A stretch of 64,000 bases of DNA from Chrysomallon squamiferum (GCA_012295275.1 CM022671.1:13144001-13208000); one strand, 5' to 3'. Numbered from the stretch's first letter, positions 27,941 to 41,649 are shown. Numbers and translations: made by a program. Notes: generated from the letters alone by a model not told the origin.

Positions 27941-30214
27941 GGGTCATTCCGTGTCAAATCACCCAATAGGTTAAACCCAACCATCTCATGACTTTTTATG
28001 ACTTGGTATACTTGTTGACTGGGATCCCACAGCACCAAATCTGAAATTTCAGGCCAATCGGACCAGTGGTGTGGGAGATATGGCCCCCCCGAATTTTGAG
28101 TTTTTTTGAGTGACCACCAACCTTTGAACCCTCATATCTCAGGAACTACTGGGCCAATCTTCCCTTGTTTCTTATCACAGAGGGATAGAACCCCTTTCTC
28201 TTTCTTCACCGAATGGCTTTTTTTCACCAGGTAATTCGTTGTTTCAAATTCTTTCATTGTCCTTTCAGTGGTAAAGGGTGACAAAGTCGAGATTTCCACA
28301 TGCTTTTGAATTTCTCTTTTAACTCCTCCAATATATTCCTGAAAAAATGAAGGTCCCATTTTTCTGATGGGTCACTTTCAGGAGAATGAAGTGGAATGTT
28401 TCAAGATGTTGTTTTAATGTTACTGTAGCTGATGCTAGTTTTTTCTGTCCTTTCATTGGTTTACTGTAACATGCCAGTGAATGGAGTTTAACAGGAGTTT
28501 CGCCTAAATTTGACAGGATATAATTCAAATCAAAGTCCTTTTCTGGGGAAACAACAACCAGTGGTTTGTCTGACAAGTTATCATCAAATTCTCTCATAGT
28601 AATACCACCCATACTAAAGCCATCCTCTGCAGGAGTTTGGACCTTTGATTTCTGAAGACTAATCAGACAGTCACAGCACAACTTGTCTCCTGCCGCTAGT
28701 GTCTTTAGATTTACTAAGCATTGATAAGTGCCCATGCTAACAATTCTTAAAGATCTAGTGCATGCTTGCTTAGGATTGTGATTAAGGAGATCACAAACAC
28801 TTCTTCCACATTGTTGAAAACTTAATTAAAAGTTCTTGTTCATGATGTGAACAGATACTCTTCATGTCCCGTGTTTTGATCCCACTTTGAAGATTGAGGA
28901 GTTCATCTTCCTCAGTTTTCCATACACTTCGCAACAACTCCTTTTTGGTATGATAGTGTTGATAACACACATTTTCAGGAGAGTAAAAACTGCAGTTAGC
29001 CCTGGAAGAAATAAGGATTTTCGGTATTGCCTGCACCTTCAATTCAATAGAACAATGCTTTCAAAGTCCGTGCTTTCCTAAATATCAAATAAAACCCTGA
29101 AACCCTTTCTGTAAAGTTAAGCAGGTCATAAAATGGCAGCAGAGTACATGCGTCTTCGCCAAAGGCCCACAAGCCTTAGGCATTTAGGTCAAACTTTTCA
29201 AGTATAAATCACAGTTTATCAAGGTGAAAGTAGACCTTGTTCATACTCTGTTCTGAAGACTGGGTGTACAAATACATTATGCAGTACATCACTTGATGAA
29301 GTCTGATTTCAGACTGGATTGTACTGTTGTTGACTGAAACCTTGTTCAAAACCATTGGCAAGGCCACATGACATGATAAAATGACTTAATAGGTTTTATG
29401 AAGAAAACATAATGTTTACATATCTGACATGTGTCCAACATGAAAACTTCAGATTGTCAAAGAAATGCTGATAAAGAAACTTCTTTGTCTTAAACTTCTA
29501 ATTGCAATGTGCTCAATGGGGATTTCAAGGAGTTCCTGACATGCCTGTTAACCCTTTGAGCCTGATTGTGTAGAACATGTCATGCCATTTGGCATCTTTT
29601 GATATCCTTCAGGCTTTCCTTCAGACATGTCAGGTGGGTTTTAACTCCAAAGATGAGTTTTTGGTCTCAGAGAAGTGTAGAAAATGTACATTGTAATGCA
29701 TTGTATCAATCATCCATGCAGGTATGCATTTTTTTAAAGCTATATTATGGCTAAACAAAAAATATTACACCCAGAAAACTTCTATATGTTTTAGTTAACC
29801 TGTGGGAGATTAAATTTCAATAAAGGTCATCTCAAGGTCACGTGATCCACACTGTCAATTTCAAGGTCATAACAAAGGTCAAAAGGTTATTGACACCCAA
29901 ATTTTTCAAACTGAACAGTAATGGCAGATTTGGAATCCTTGTCATATTGCCTTTTCAACAATACCAATTTTATGAAGATTGGCCCGGTAGTTCCTGAGAT
30001 ATGAGGGTTCAAAGGTTGGTGGTCACTCCCATTTTTGCCATTAATCTCAAAATTCGGGGGGCCATACTTCCTACATCACTGGTCCGATTGGCCTAAAATT
30101 TCAGATTTGGTGCTGTGGGATTCCAGTCAACAAGTATACCAAGTTTCATAAAATTCTGAGATGGTCGGGTTTAAAAAAAATTGGGGGGGGGGGTGATTTG
30201 ACATGGAATGATCC
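27941..30214 (-). mobile_element. Internally deleted DNA transposon with long TIRs, Sola2-like
   Basis: TIRs 27941-28162 and 29974-30214 (GGGTCATTCCGTGTCAAATCACC... / ...GGTGATTTGACATGGAATGATCC) align over ~220 bp. GGG terminus fits the GRG..CYC ends of Sola2. Flanked by ACATATAT on both sides. Decayed transposase-like frames lie inside on the minus strand. Confidence 0.85.
28160..29042 (-). pseudogene. Frameshifted N-terminal half of a Sola2-type transposase (Cys/His-rich domain plus helical region; catalytic region absent)
   Basis: Three successive minus-strand ORFs read ...ICSHHEQ..KKC.. / SLRIV..GDKLCCDC / LNYILSNLGETPVK / EFETTNYLVKKSHSVKKEKGVLS..KQGK. The order matches recalled Sola2 motifs (CxxP..H..LR..PGxKxCxxC; LGESPIK; EKGILS..K.GK). 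The frame then runs straight into the TIR. Confidence 0.65.
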
Positions 30215-30487
30215 ACATATATATATAAAACATAAACAGATTATCGTTAAATAGTTTTCAATTGACTGATTTCATATTTTACATTAGCAGATAATTTATT
30301 TTATATTTTGTTGTTATAAAATATGTTTGTTAATTAATAAATAGCTCTTGTTTAATGTGTTATTTATCTAGTGGATAAGGTAGTAGTAATAAAGTACTCA
30401 GTTTGAATTTATTAATCCCTGTCCTGTCATAGAGCCAATGCCTAAAGTGCTCATTATCACTGTCTAGGAGATGTAGATGTCCAGAGG

Positions 30488-31149
30488 AATTATAACACAA
30501 ATGACTACCAGTCCCAAATTGGTCTCAGACCACAGAATTCAACTCTGACCACAGAAATCAACTCTGACATACAGGATTCTTAAACCAACAGTGAACCACT
30601 GACCAACATGTCTAATACACACAAATTATTTTCCTCTTATTAGGACTATTAATTGATTTCCCTTCTGACAGAAGTAATCATTAAAATAAAAGTTTTAACT
30701 GCTGTAAATGGACAACAATCAGCTAACATCAAACTGTATCTACTTTGACAGATTTGTGAAAACCTTGTAAAGAAAAATAAACATAACAATCTACTCTGCA
30801 GGGGTTAATTGCACTTGTATCTTGACTTACTGTCTCTAATTATATACCATCCAGCAAAGGTGACCCAAAACCTTCCTTCCTTCTTGTCCCATGTAATAGA
30901 AATGAAAATGGTAATCTAAAAGTTCTGCACAATCAGCAGGGGGTGGAGGAATGATAGCACTGAGAAGAAGAAAAGCTTTGAGATGCTAATTAAATAACTG
31001 GAAATAGCTGTAGGCCTGTGACAGCTGCACTTTCTTCATCAGGCATGCTGCTGGCCAGTGGTTCTGTGTTGATTTAAGAATCACATATGTCAGAGTTCCA
31101 TAGTATGGTCTGAGACCAATTCTAGCCTGGCATCTTTATTTTTATAATT
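30488..31149. repeat. Diverged inverted repeat / fold-back (old MITE-like), arms ~110-125 bp
   Basis: AATTGGTCTCAGACCA (30517-30532) versus TGGTCTGAGACCAATT (31106-31121). AACTCTGACATACAGGATTCTTAAACCAACAGTGAACCACTGACCA versus the reverse complement of ~31053-31097 (AACTCTGACATATGTGATTCTTAAATCAACACAGAACCACTGGCCA). Confidence 0.8.
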
Positions 31150-32770
31150 TTGGTCTTTCTTCTTGTCCTTAAAATCTTTTTCTATTGGTTAACATTCAAG
31201 GAGAAACTGGACAGAAACTGTTAGATAACGCTAGTGATATTTGATAATTATTGATTACATCCTTTGTTTATTTCTTGTTGTTAGAAATAACTTGTTTTTA
31301 CTTGTTACCATCTTGAATATCCCTGACAAACTGTGAAATGTCATTCTGGAATGTATTTGCAGAATCCTTTTAAGTTAATATAATTTATTTAATGAAATCA
31401 TTTATACATTCTTCTATAAAAATATTTTTATCTAATATACAATTAAATATACTGATATATAAATAACATGGTATGTTTCTAAATTAAAATAACAATTTTT
31501 TTTATTCTGCAAGAAATATAATTTTGACCTTGTATCAAAACAATTATTTCATTTATTTCTGTTAATAAATATTCTATAATTCAGTAACAACAGAAACAAA
31601 AATGAAATTCTCAGATATTTATTTACATTTTTAAAAAAGTTAATTTGGTATAAGACATTTTTGTTAAATGGGTAAACTGCTTATTTTTTTTACTGCCATA
31701 CAGCTGTTTCCTTCAATACAATTGACATGAAACATAAATTTCAGTTAGATATGCCTGTTTGGTACAAAGTCTTGTTTATAGACTTATGATCCTTCACTGT
31801 CACATTATACAAATGGTGCTGTCTTTAATGAGATTCCTAGCCACAGAAATTGAAATCAGTGCAGTATGAAAACTAAAATACAAACAATTTATAGCAAATT
31901 GTGTGTTTGATGCATATGTGTGTGTCTGTGTTCATATATGAATATAGATGGTTTATGGAGGTATTAAACTTTGTTAACATTGATTTTTTATCCCATAACC
32001 TATTACTTTACACAGAGAGAAAGAGAGATAAAGTAGAAAGAAAATATAAAAATTATATTAGTAAATTTATATTTTCTAATTAGATACATATGTTATTTTT
32101 TCTTGTATGAAATCTTGCAACAAAATGACTGTATTTTTACATATTCGTTTCAACATATTCATAACTGTGTGTATTCCAACATTCATATCATCATTCATTC
32201 CTCTTTTTAGAGAAACCTCAATAACCATCCCAGGAACACAGTATAAAGCGATGTTCCTAGACTAGTATAATGCAAATACTACATAAATGTTTTAGCATGT
32301 TTCAGCTGGTTACTTCTTGTAAGTGATTATTTTTTATGTAAGATTCCATGGCCCAGATCATACTTACATCATGAACAACATTCTGTAAAATAATTTTTAA
32401 CACTCAGATAACCAGTCACTGCAGAGCTGAAAGTTAATTGAAAATCTTAGTAATTTTCACAATCCTGATTCTTTTAACTTTGTTAACAATGTAGCCTGAA
32501 TTTACAGTAGATCATCCTTTTATTTCTCTAATTTCTGATACTGACCCAGATTTTCTCTTTAATTTTATAAAGTGCAGGTGGAATAGAAGCTAAAGGGTTG
32601 TATTCTATTGCTAAAAACATTCAATGGCTTTATATAATCATACATAATATAAAAAACAAACATAACTATGGTGTGGTCTAACAGAAAGCATGTGTGAGAT
32701 ATTGTTGATCCTATACAAGTATGGTCTTTCCTATTCCATTCCAATTATTTATTAAAAGCTGTGTTTCTAT

Positions 32771-33250
32771 GGTAACTGGAAAAAAAGTCACAGAAAAAAG
32801 TCACAAAATGTATGAGTTTGTAGAGTATTGAATGTGGCATCATAGTATGCATGGGGTAATTCTTAAGCTTATTGATTTAGCTGGATTAAAGAAAGGGGCT
32901 TCATATTGGGTCCAGCCTGGGTTTAGCTTACTCTTTAGGATAGATTTAAACTGAGGGCTTCTTACTGTAAATGATTTATAAAATGTCCCAGATTAAAATG
33001 TGTTTTACTATATATTCTCCAGCTTGCACTAGTATCAGAAGTATGTTTAATATGGAAGATGTTCATATCAATAAGGGTGGTAACAAAATATGTTATGAGG
33101 GGTTCATGTATACCAAATATGCAACTCACAAAACAAAATTGTGGTGGAAATGTGTCAAAAAATCTAGTTGTAATTGTCGAGGTTTTATGATAACAGATTT
33201 ACAGAGAGAGCCTTTATTTCAAAATAAAATTGTGACTTTTTTCTTAGAAT
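32771..33250 (+). mobile_element. MULE-like relic carrying a FLYWCH-type zinc-finger fragment
   Basis: 33043-33204 translates MFNMEDVHINKGGNKICYEGFMYTKYATHKTKLWWKCVKKSSCNCRGFMITDLQ (FLYWCH pattern, terminal HxH lost). It is bracketed by GGTAACTGGAAAAAAAGTCACAGAAAAAAGTCACA (32771) and the inverted TGTGACTTTTTTC (~33231). Confidence 0.7.
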
Positions 33251-36200
33251 CATTTCTACTTATGGGAAGATATACACATGTTCTCTTCATGTTCATCAGT
33301 AAGATATAGTATGACAAGATTAGAGACTGTGGCCATAACATGTATAATTGTGCCTATGATAAAATACTGCTAAACAAAATTATTAATACTAATATCATTA
33401 GATAAAAATAACTAAGAATAGAGTGACAGTAGGATTTTCGTGTTACATGTATTAACATATCATAAAACCAGCAGCAGTGATTCTGTTTAATACAGTGTGT
33501 GTAGGTATTGATAAATTCTGAAAGGTTCATTGTGATATGAAGTGTGAGACAGTCAATGTAATGATTTTAAATTATCTTCAACTGTTATACAACTGATTAA
33601 TTATTTAAATAGTTAAAATAATAATGTCTCCATCTAAATTTATTTATTATGATGTAAGATAATTCTTTATTGCCCATAAGCAAATTTGATTTGCATGCAT
33701 TAGCACTCATACATTTGACATAATTACATTGGGAGATAGAATGTTTTATAAAAGAAATTAACAGTAATATGTATATATGTATGTATTTTATATATATATA
33801 TATATGAGTGAAGATTGAATGTAAATGAAAACATATCCACTGTAGATAATCGATAATAACACTAATATTGAATGAACTTAATAAGAACATAAAATTATTA
33901 TAAAAAGAAGATAATTTACTCAATAGACTTTAATCAAATTATAGGTGCACCAGCATCACACTTCATGTGCTAAATTTAGTAACATGCTATCACCTGGTCA
34001 ATTTTTGGACAAAGAACTTGTCTTCAAAAGTGAAACATGGCTGCTAGGTATCCATTTGCATTTGATGAACTTACAGTAAATGATATTCCTGGTGCTTTAA
34101 GACACAGACGATTGTTTGAAAAATTCTTGCAATAAACGGTGAATTAAACTCAATTTCAGCATCATAAACGTAAGTATACAAAATAAGAGTACAATATATT
34201 ATATGAAAACAAGAAATTTTTCTCATCAGCTGAATTAAAAATAAACTAACCACTTTTTTGAATATCTGTAATTCATTTCAAAAATTGATTTATTTTTACT
34301 TGAAGTGTTGATTAGTTCCATAAGAGAAAATATCGACAATGGTTAGATGATAGGTAGCTTTTGTTTATTGTCAAATCAAAGCAAGTACAATGCTAATAAA
34401 ACTCGTTAATGTTTGTTTCAAATATCTGACTTATAACACCTGCACCTTTAATTGCCTTTATTCTCATGATTACAGACATTTTATTGCTCCTAATTAGTAA
34501 ATGCAACACCTTTCTGGAGTTGGCTCCTAGCTTTATATTGTATATTGCAGAGGATTATAGTAAATTTCAAATGCTTGTAGTTCTTTTAAGTAACACACGC
34601 ACACGCATGCACACACACACACACACATATGCACATGCATACACACATGTCCATCACAGCATCTTTTTAACTTGTTACCAGTAAATATTTAAAATACGTA
34701 AGACTGAAAACTCAAGGTGCATTTGTGAAGAAAGTTATGCTATGCTGTTCAAAGTTGTTAGACACATCTCATTTTTCTAAATGGGCACCCTGTATCTTTT
34801 AAAATGCACTAATATGACTCTAAATACTCAAACATAAATTATGTGAACAACTATAATATAGAAATAAATTAGAATTTATTAGAGGGCTCAAATGGAAGAT
34901 CAGCCACTCTTTAAACTAAAATAACAAATGTGGAAAACATTGATAAATGTTAATTCATTATTGCTGAAACTCTATGTAAACTTTCTTTTCTCAAAAAATA
35001 ATGACTTAAATTGTCTGAAAAAATGCAAGTGGTGAGTTATTCTATGTAACACAGGCACAGTGGTTGTCCCAGTTCTGTAGCTTCAGGCATGTAGGTGGAG
35101 CTACTGATTACAGTGCCATCTAAAAATAGACACAACCTGCAATTTGTACAAGTGCTATTGATGAATGAGTTTGTTAATTATGTAGTAATAAAGTAGTGTT
35201 TACATAACAAACAAATACTTATTTTTCGACCAGTTGGCAATTCAAACAACTGGGAATTTGACCTAATGGAATGAGACAATAATATTTCTTTGAAAAACAA
35301 AACTCCTTTTTTGTTATATGTTAAACTGAATGATTAGATCTGCAGGTTACAGCATGTCATGTGACACTGTATTAACTTTAAGTGTAAATGTGTGACACAC
35401 AAGTGTTTGATGTTAACAGATATTGAGCTTATCATTAACACTGTGAAAGTTTTGATTAAGGGATTTCAGGATGGAGGTTCTTAACTTATTTGAGATAGTT
35501 TATTCATCTTTTGTTGTCCCATTCATGTTAGCTCTATTTGAGCTAAATGGTTTAGAAGATGTAGTATATCAGACTTGATTACAGCATCATTGTGTCTTTG
35601 AATTTGAGTTTGTGATGAAGTTTGCTGGTATACGTCATTGGTATTTCACTTATATGTGCTTCTTGATTTTTACAATTTATGTTGAAATAGAATATTAGTA
35701 GTTTTCATTATAGTGATGATAATTACAATTATAATGAAAATATATGCAACATATGCTAATATTTTTATAATTATAAATACGTGAAGTGATGTCAAGTTCA
35801 GTACATAACTGTTTTTTAAATTCAACTTTTTGAATGTTTAATAAAATGAAAAGTGAGTTGCAAGATTGTCAGTCATCAAGTGTGTGTGTGTATTGATGTT
35901 GATTAATGTTAATATGTGTGTAATCTAGCTGTCTGCACAAATAGATAAACTCTATGACTACAATATAGATCTACAAAATGGTTTCTAGAAAGTAGATAAA
36001 TCATGTGGTCAGTTTGCCTTTCAAAGGTTTACTCTTTTTCAACAAACTACTCTATTTTGGTCTTCTTGGTCCTAATCCATGTCACATTTTATGGGCACAG
36101 TGACATAATGTTATTTTGCCTGTACTGTTGATTACTTTTTAAATCTCTCTCTCAAAATATCTAGTTACTTGAAACAGATACTGTGTCCGTTACACATATG

Positions 36201-39200
36201 AATTCATGTAATGAGACAACATAATGTAGTTACTTTTCCATTTATCTTACTTGGCAGTTAACGAATCCACCAATGTGTGTGTGTCAGTCAGCTACAGAAT
36301 CATAGTAGCATCCAAGCATTGATAGATACTTGTACAAGATAAACCAAAGATGTCATCAAGCAAGTAGGAGGTGGTTTTTCTCCCATGTTTAATCTTTATG
36401 GCCATATTGGCTAATTCATTACAACATGACATCTGTTTGACATTTCATGGGCTCCTGTAATAAAACTCTTTGTATGTGCCCCAACAACATTTTCTCAAAC
36501 TAGCAAATGTCAATCTTATGTAAAATGTAAAAACAAAATCTATATGAAAAATTGATGGCACAGTGAATACATACAAATAAATCTCTGGTGTATGTATATG
36601 TGTATACAGAAGAGGGTACTGCCAAAGCGATAAAGGTTTTAGAAAAGCCTGGAGATATTTTGTGGAAGAAGTTAAATTTGTTTTTCTGACTGTGAAGCAG
36701 AACTGACTCTGGGAGTGGAAATGGAAACTGAAAATTTGTTTATTCTTCTTTCACTGGTAGAAGAGTAAAACTTTTGTTTTCTGAGAATTGTTTAGAATAC
36801 TTGCATCATGATTTTAAAATCTTGATTTTAATTTCTCTTTCACTTAGGCAACATTTATTTGGGATATATTTATTTGCTTGGACAAGTGAAACTATTAGAA
36901 ACAGATATTTGGCTTGGATAAATGAAAATAATTTTGATGTATCATTTATAAAATCTGTAGGTATTGTATAGATGTTTTAAAAATGCTCACAATTTTTTTT
37001 TTTTTTTTTTTTTCATCACTGATATATATCTTTTTTCATGATGTTACAGTTGGAGGTCTTTGTTGTACTAAAAGTCAGGAATGTTTCTTGTGGAATAAGA
37101 ATAAAAATTGGGAATTAATCTTGTAAAACACAAATTTAATCATATATTTTGTTTGATCTTATCTTATGATTAGTGTAATATGGGATAAAAATAAACAAAA
37201 TATTGTTCTAAGAATAAAGAAAATTTTGTTTCAGTCATTTGCCTATTATATTTACAAACTGGCAGTTCTTTTGCACTGTTTTGTTAATAAAATTACAGTA
37301 CCTTTTTTTTTTTTTTTTTTTCAAAATTAGAGCTGAATGGAAATTTCCAACAAAAAAACATTATGAATTTTGGTGTAATAAGCTAGCTTCATGTTTTATT
37401 TTCATATTCTTTTTCTTTCTGTATCATCATTTGAACATGGTTTGTATTGACTGAATGTTTGAAATACATTTGTCTTATTTCTAAACTGTCATAGGCCATT
37501 GGTTGTTGTAAGCATCAGTATTTAATGGGAATTGTCTTGCCAACTGATTCAGGCAAAACAGACTTTCTGCAGTGAATTTGATAAAAAAAAAATATTTAAA
37601 AAGCAGAGTCATAAAAAGACAATCCATCATCAGATATATTTTTAATTTGATGACTAACATGATTACAGTAGCCTTCTTTGTTAATGATTCCTCTGTTCAG
37701 GTAGCACTTCATCTAACAGGTGTGAAGCTTAAGAATGCTGAAATTTTCATGAGCTTTGTAACATATCCTTTGTTTACAGTCTCAGGTGTTTGAAAATTTA
37801 ATAAGCATGGTTAAATTAATATGTTTTAAAAATTGTTTTCCAGAAATATTAATTTCTGACTGCTTATTCATTCTACCTTAGATCATTCATTATGAAATCT
37901 TTGACAGTTGCCTGAAATTTCTATAAGAAAAAAGAGGAAAAAAACCAACCTAAAAATAAAATGTAATTAAACTATGGCATTATTATTCAGCAAGCCTTTT
38001 TTCTCCTCACCAACAATTATTTATATTAGGGGTTTATTACTGTAATTAAATATTAATCCAACTTGTGCAATCATGGTGATTAAAATTTAAACTTTTGTAC
38101 AAATAACAGATTTTAATGAAAACCAAATTCTTTACAATTTACATTTATTTTGCTCTTTTGTAACTTTTTTATTTATTTCATTTCAATTAAAAAAACACAA
38201 AAAAAAAACCCCTTTCACTCTCATTTCAATAATCATTGTAAAGCATAATGTTTTTTTCTTTTTCTGAGGGATTGTAAAAATAAATCTATTTAAATTTCTC
38301 TCACAGTTTTGTTGATTTAATGATTTTCTTTGTGCCATTTAGTTCTTCTGTTTGTTGTTTTTTATTTGTTGATCTTTTTTTTTTATATATGAATAGAATT
38401 GCTTTATAATGTATTGTTCTTTTTTGTTTTTTTTAAAAAGAAATCTAACCGGGCATAAAACATTTGCTGGTCCAAATACTTCAGTTATGTCCTTTGAAAG
38501 AAAGGTCGTATATCAGACGTGTAACATTTATAACTAAATGTGTGCTTATCTAGATATTCCAGAATATTTGTCTCATCTCCCACAGTTCAGCTCTCAGCAT
38601 AAACTATGATTCTCTGAAGTACATTCATAGGTCTGAGATGGTTTTTTTATGTCAGTTGGATAGATATCAGTTTTAATTTTAGTATTTCTCTGCAGAGACA
38701 GCAGCAATCAGTTTTCACATGAAACTTTCTCATTGAGTTAATCTTATAAACGTCATCAAGCTGACTTAGCAATATAAAAATTACTTTTAATTTGTTGATG
38801 TTTTTAGAGAGGTGTTGATGGAATCATTTTGGACTTCTAACAAAGTAGGTTTATTTGATGATATTATCTGTAATGTAAACAGTAATATATTAATGTTTTG
38901 AAACATATATAAATACAGAAATACAGACAAATGCTCAAACAAAAAAATATTTACACATTTATTGTACATAATATAACAAGTAATTTTGAATAGTATTGCA
39001 TTCCTGTCACAATTATCCATGTAATTAAATGCAATTATTGTCTGTAAGAATTTATTCAGGTGTTATCAGTAACATGCTATTGTGTAAATATAGTAGTGAT
39101 TCATACCAATGTTTATAATGACTTGACTGAAATAAAATGTGAAAACAGGATAGGCAGCTTTTTAAAACAAAAAAAGAAAGAAAAAAAGAAAGACCATGAC

Positions 39201-40493
39201 ACAGTATGAGATAGCAAAAAGAAAAATTGCTATAATGCCATAATAATAAAGCCATTTAGTTGTTTGAGTTGGGAGGTTGTACTCGGAGGACTGGATTATG
39301 TAGTTTTGGCCTGAAGCAATAATTTGTAACATTGTTAATCTGGAGGTGATCGCATCAAATGGATACAGTCTGCCATGACTGCAAGTAGTAGGACTTCATA
39401 TATTATGGTTCTGCATTATTATTGGTCACAACTCTGGTACACATTTGTAAAAATGCATCTGCATTATATCAGTGGATGGGACTATGATAAACTTGGAACA
39501 CAGCAGCACAACATCTGCTTGTCATCTGATGGGTCACCAGGGAAAGCCTCCTGAAAGGTATTTGCTGTTGTACTGTCACATGATTATTATAAATCATAGA
39601 GGATGAAATATGAGTAAAAGAATATCTAAATAGAATAATAAATTCTTTTTAATAGACACATTTTTGTGCAAAAATATAATAGTAAAGGAATATTTCAGCA
39701 TACTGAATATTTCTTAATTTCTGCCTGTGAAAGTCTTAACAGTATTTGTTGAGCTTAGTAAGAATACTTAAAAAACCACATTAAAATTTTGCTTTTGTTC
39801 AGTTTTTATGTATTAGTTTCAATTTGGGGCTGAAATTAAAATTTAATCCATAAAGAAATTTAACCCATAAATATCTTAATAGATCATGACAAAACTGAGA
39901 CAAGAAAATCATCCAATCTTTCTCAAAGGGATTTTAAGAAAATTAAATATTTACCTGCTTATCATTAACCTGTCTGCTGATAAATAGTACTTTTTAATGA
40001 ACTCCATCAGAGAAAGATGGAGAAAGACCTAATAGAGAATCTGTATGTTTACACCCAGAAGTATTATTTCTCACAACAACATTAAAAGCTAACAAAAGTA
40101 TACAGAAATAACATAATTATGAGAGATGATGAAGATGTGAGACTGTCCATGGAGATAATATTGATTGATTCACTGCAAGGGCAGGTCTTATTTCAAATTT
40201 ATATTCCTTATTGCTGGAGATGTCCACATCCCAAAGGAGCTAGGGGATTACACTGCCAACTTGGCCTTTTCATTTTCAAGTCTCTGATGAAATAGAAATA
40301 TTTATCAAGCTTTCATTCAGTGTACATCATGTGTTCTGTTTTTCCACTCTCATAGATGTTAGAAGCTGGACAGTGCAGAGACGGATTAATCTGACTAATT
40401 GTATGGCTTGTCAGTGCAGGGTTATGTTCAGTTTAGAGATTAAAAATAGATGAATATAACTTCTCATAGTGGCTATCAGCATCATTTGTAACT

Positions 40494-40514
40494 ATGTTTG
40501 GTTTCCACACGCAG
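40494..40514 (+). CDS. Candidate coding part of an alternative first exon (MFGFHTQ) splicing in phase 0 onto 42266
   Basis: actATG TTT GGT TTC CAC ACG CAG|GTGAGT: consensus donor, A at -3, in-frame upstream TAG, phase matching the PDZ exon 1.75 kb downstream. Confidence 0.45.
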
Positions 40515-40628
40515 GTGAGTTTGGCTTCTGATTTCTATTCTTTTTCTTTCTTTTTTTTCATCTTCAAACATATACTGTTTATATATATTATAAAGAGAGA
40601 GAGAGAAGGAGAGTCATGTTTATAATCA

Positions 40629-40629
<1 letters not shown>

Positions 40630-40673
<44 letters not shown>

Positions 40674-40712
40674 GATAGATAGATATTTAGATATGTAATA
40701 TATATAATACAG

Positions 40713-40738
<26 letters not shown>
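40630..40738. repeat. (TA)n microsatellite cluster
   Basis: Read directly from the sequence. Confidence 0.95.
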
Positions 40739-40747
<9 letters not shown>

Positions 40748-41107
40748 TATAATATAGATGGGTGACCATGTTTCTCCTATCACTAATTTTCCAGGATTAG
40801 CCAAAGTAATGATAAACATCAAAGACATACAAGTTATGACCAGACTGAAATGACATGTTTAAAAGCCTCACTTGACATGTAAAGATATCACACTGTATAC
40901 ATTATATATTTACTGTTTTATTTAGGTCTTGTTTTCAGATTTGGTTGTTTTGTTGTTAGTATGTTAAACATAGGCAAAGACAATTAAACTGTTAACATAT
41001 TTTTCACTGGGTCTAATATTTCTGCACCTATCTATTAACTAATCTGTATGTAAGTATATCTGTAGCATACACCTTGTATGCAGCATGTATATACATACTT
41101 ATACAAA

Positions 41108-41110
<3 letters not shown>

Positions 41111-41160
<50 letters not shown>
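41111..41160. repeat. (TG)25 microsatellite
   Basis: Read directly from the sequence. Confidence 0.97.
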
Positions 41161-41161
<1 letters not shown>

Positions 41162-41551
41162 CTTGACATAACTAGCCAGATCTCCAATATTAGCTCAACA
41201 GGATCAAAAGTTTAGGAGATGTTGGCCAAACATGTGTGTGACCAACATCTAATTATTGATATCTTGGTAAACAATCAGTCAATTTAGATGAAGCTGATGT
41301 CTCTGGAAAGCTAATTTGACAAGGATTCCAAGTATATCATTATGTTTGTGAAAAGTGCAAATTAAGGTTTAATACTTTTTAATGTTTTGTTTGAACTTGA
41401 ATTTTTGGCTCAAGTCACCTTGAAATCATTTCAAGTTAAATTAAACTTCAAGATTTTACCTACAACATAGAACAATTCAGAGATGCAGTATTTTAGTAAA
41501 ATGTGGACAAACCTGACCAAAAATGTCAATTTTGATAGTTCTAATAAACAC

Positions 41552-41614
41552 TATGACATCTCCATAATGCATTATAATTCAAAATGAACTATAATGCATT
41601 AAGGAGATGTCGTA
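41552..41614. repeat. Near-perfect palindrome / hairpin, ~30-bp stem
   Basis: TATGACATCTCCATAATGCATTATAATTC-AAAAT-GAACTATAATGCATTAAGGAGATGTCGTA; two mismatches and one G:U pair. Confidence 0.9.
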
Positions 41615-41649
41615 CTTTCTGACAGAAATTGCCAAAACCACCTTGCATG

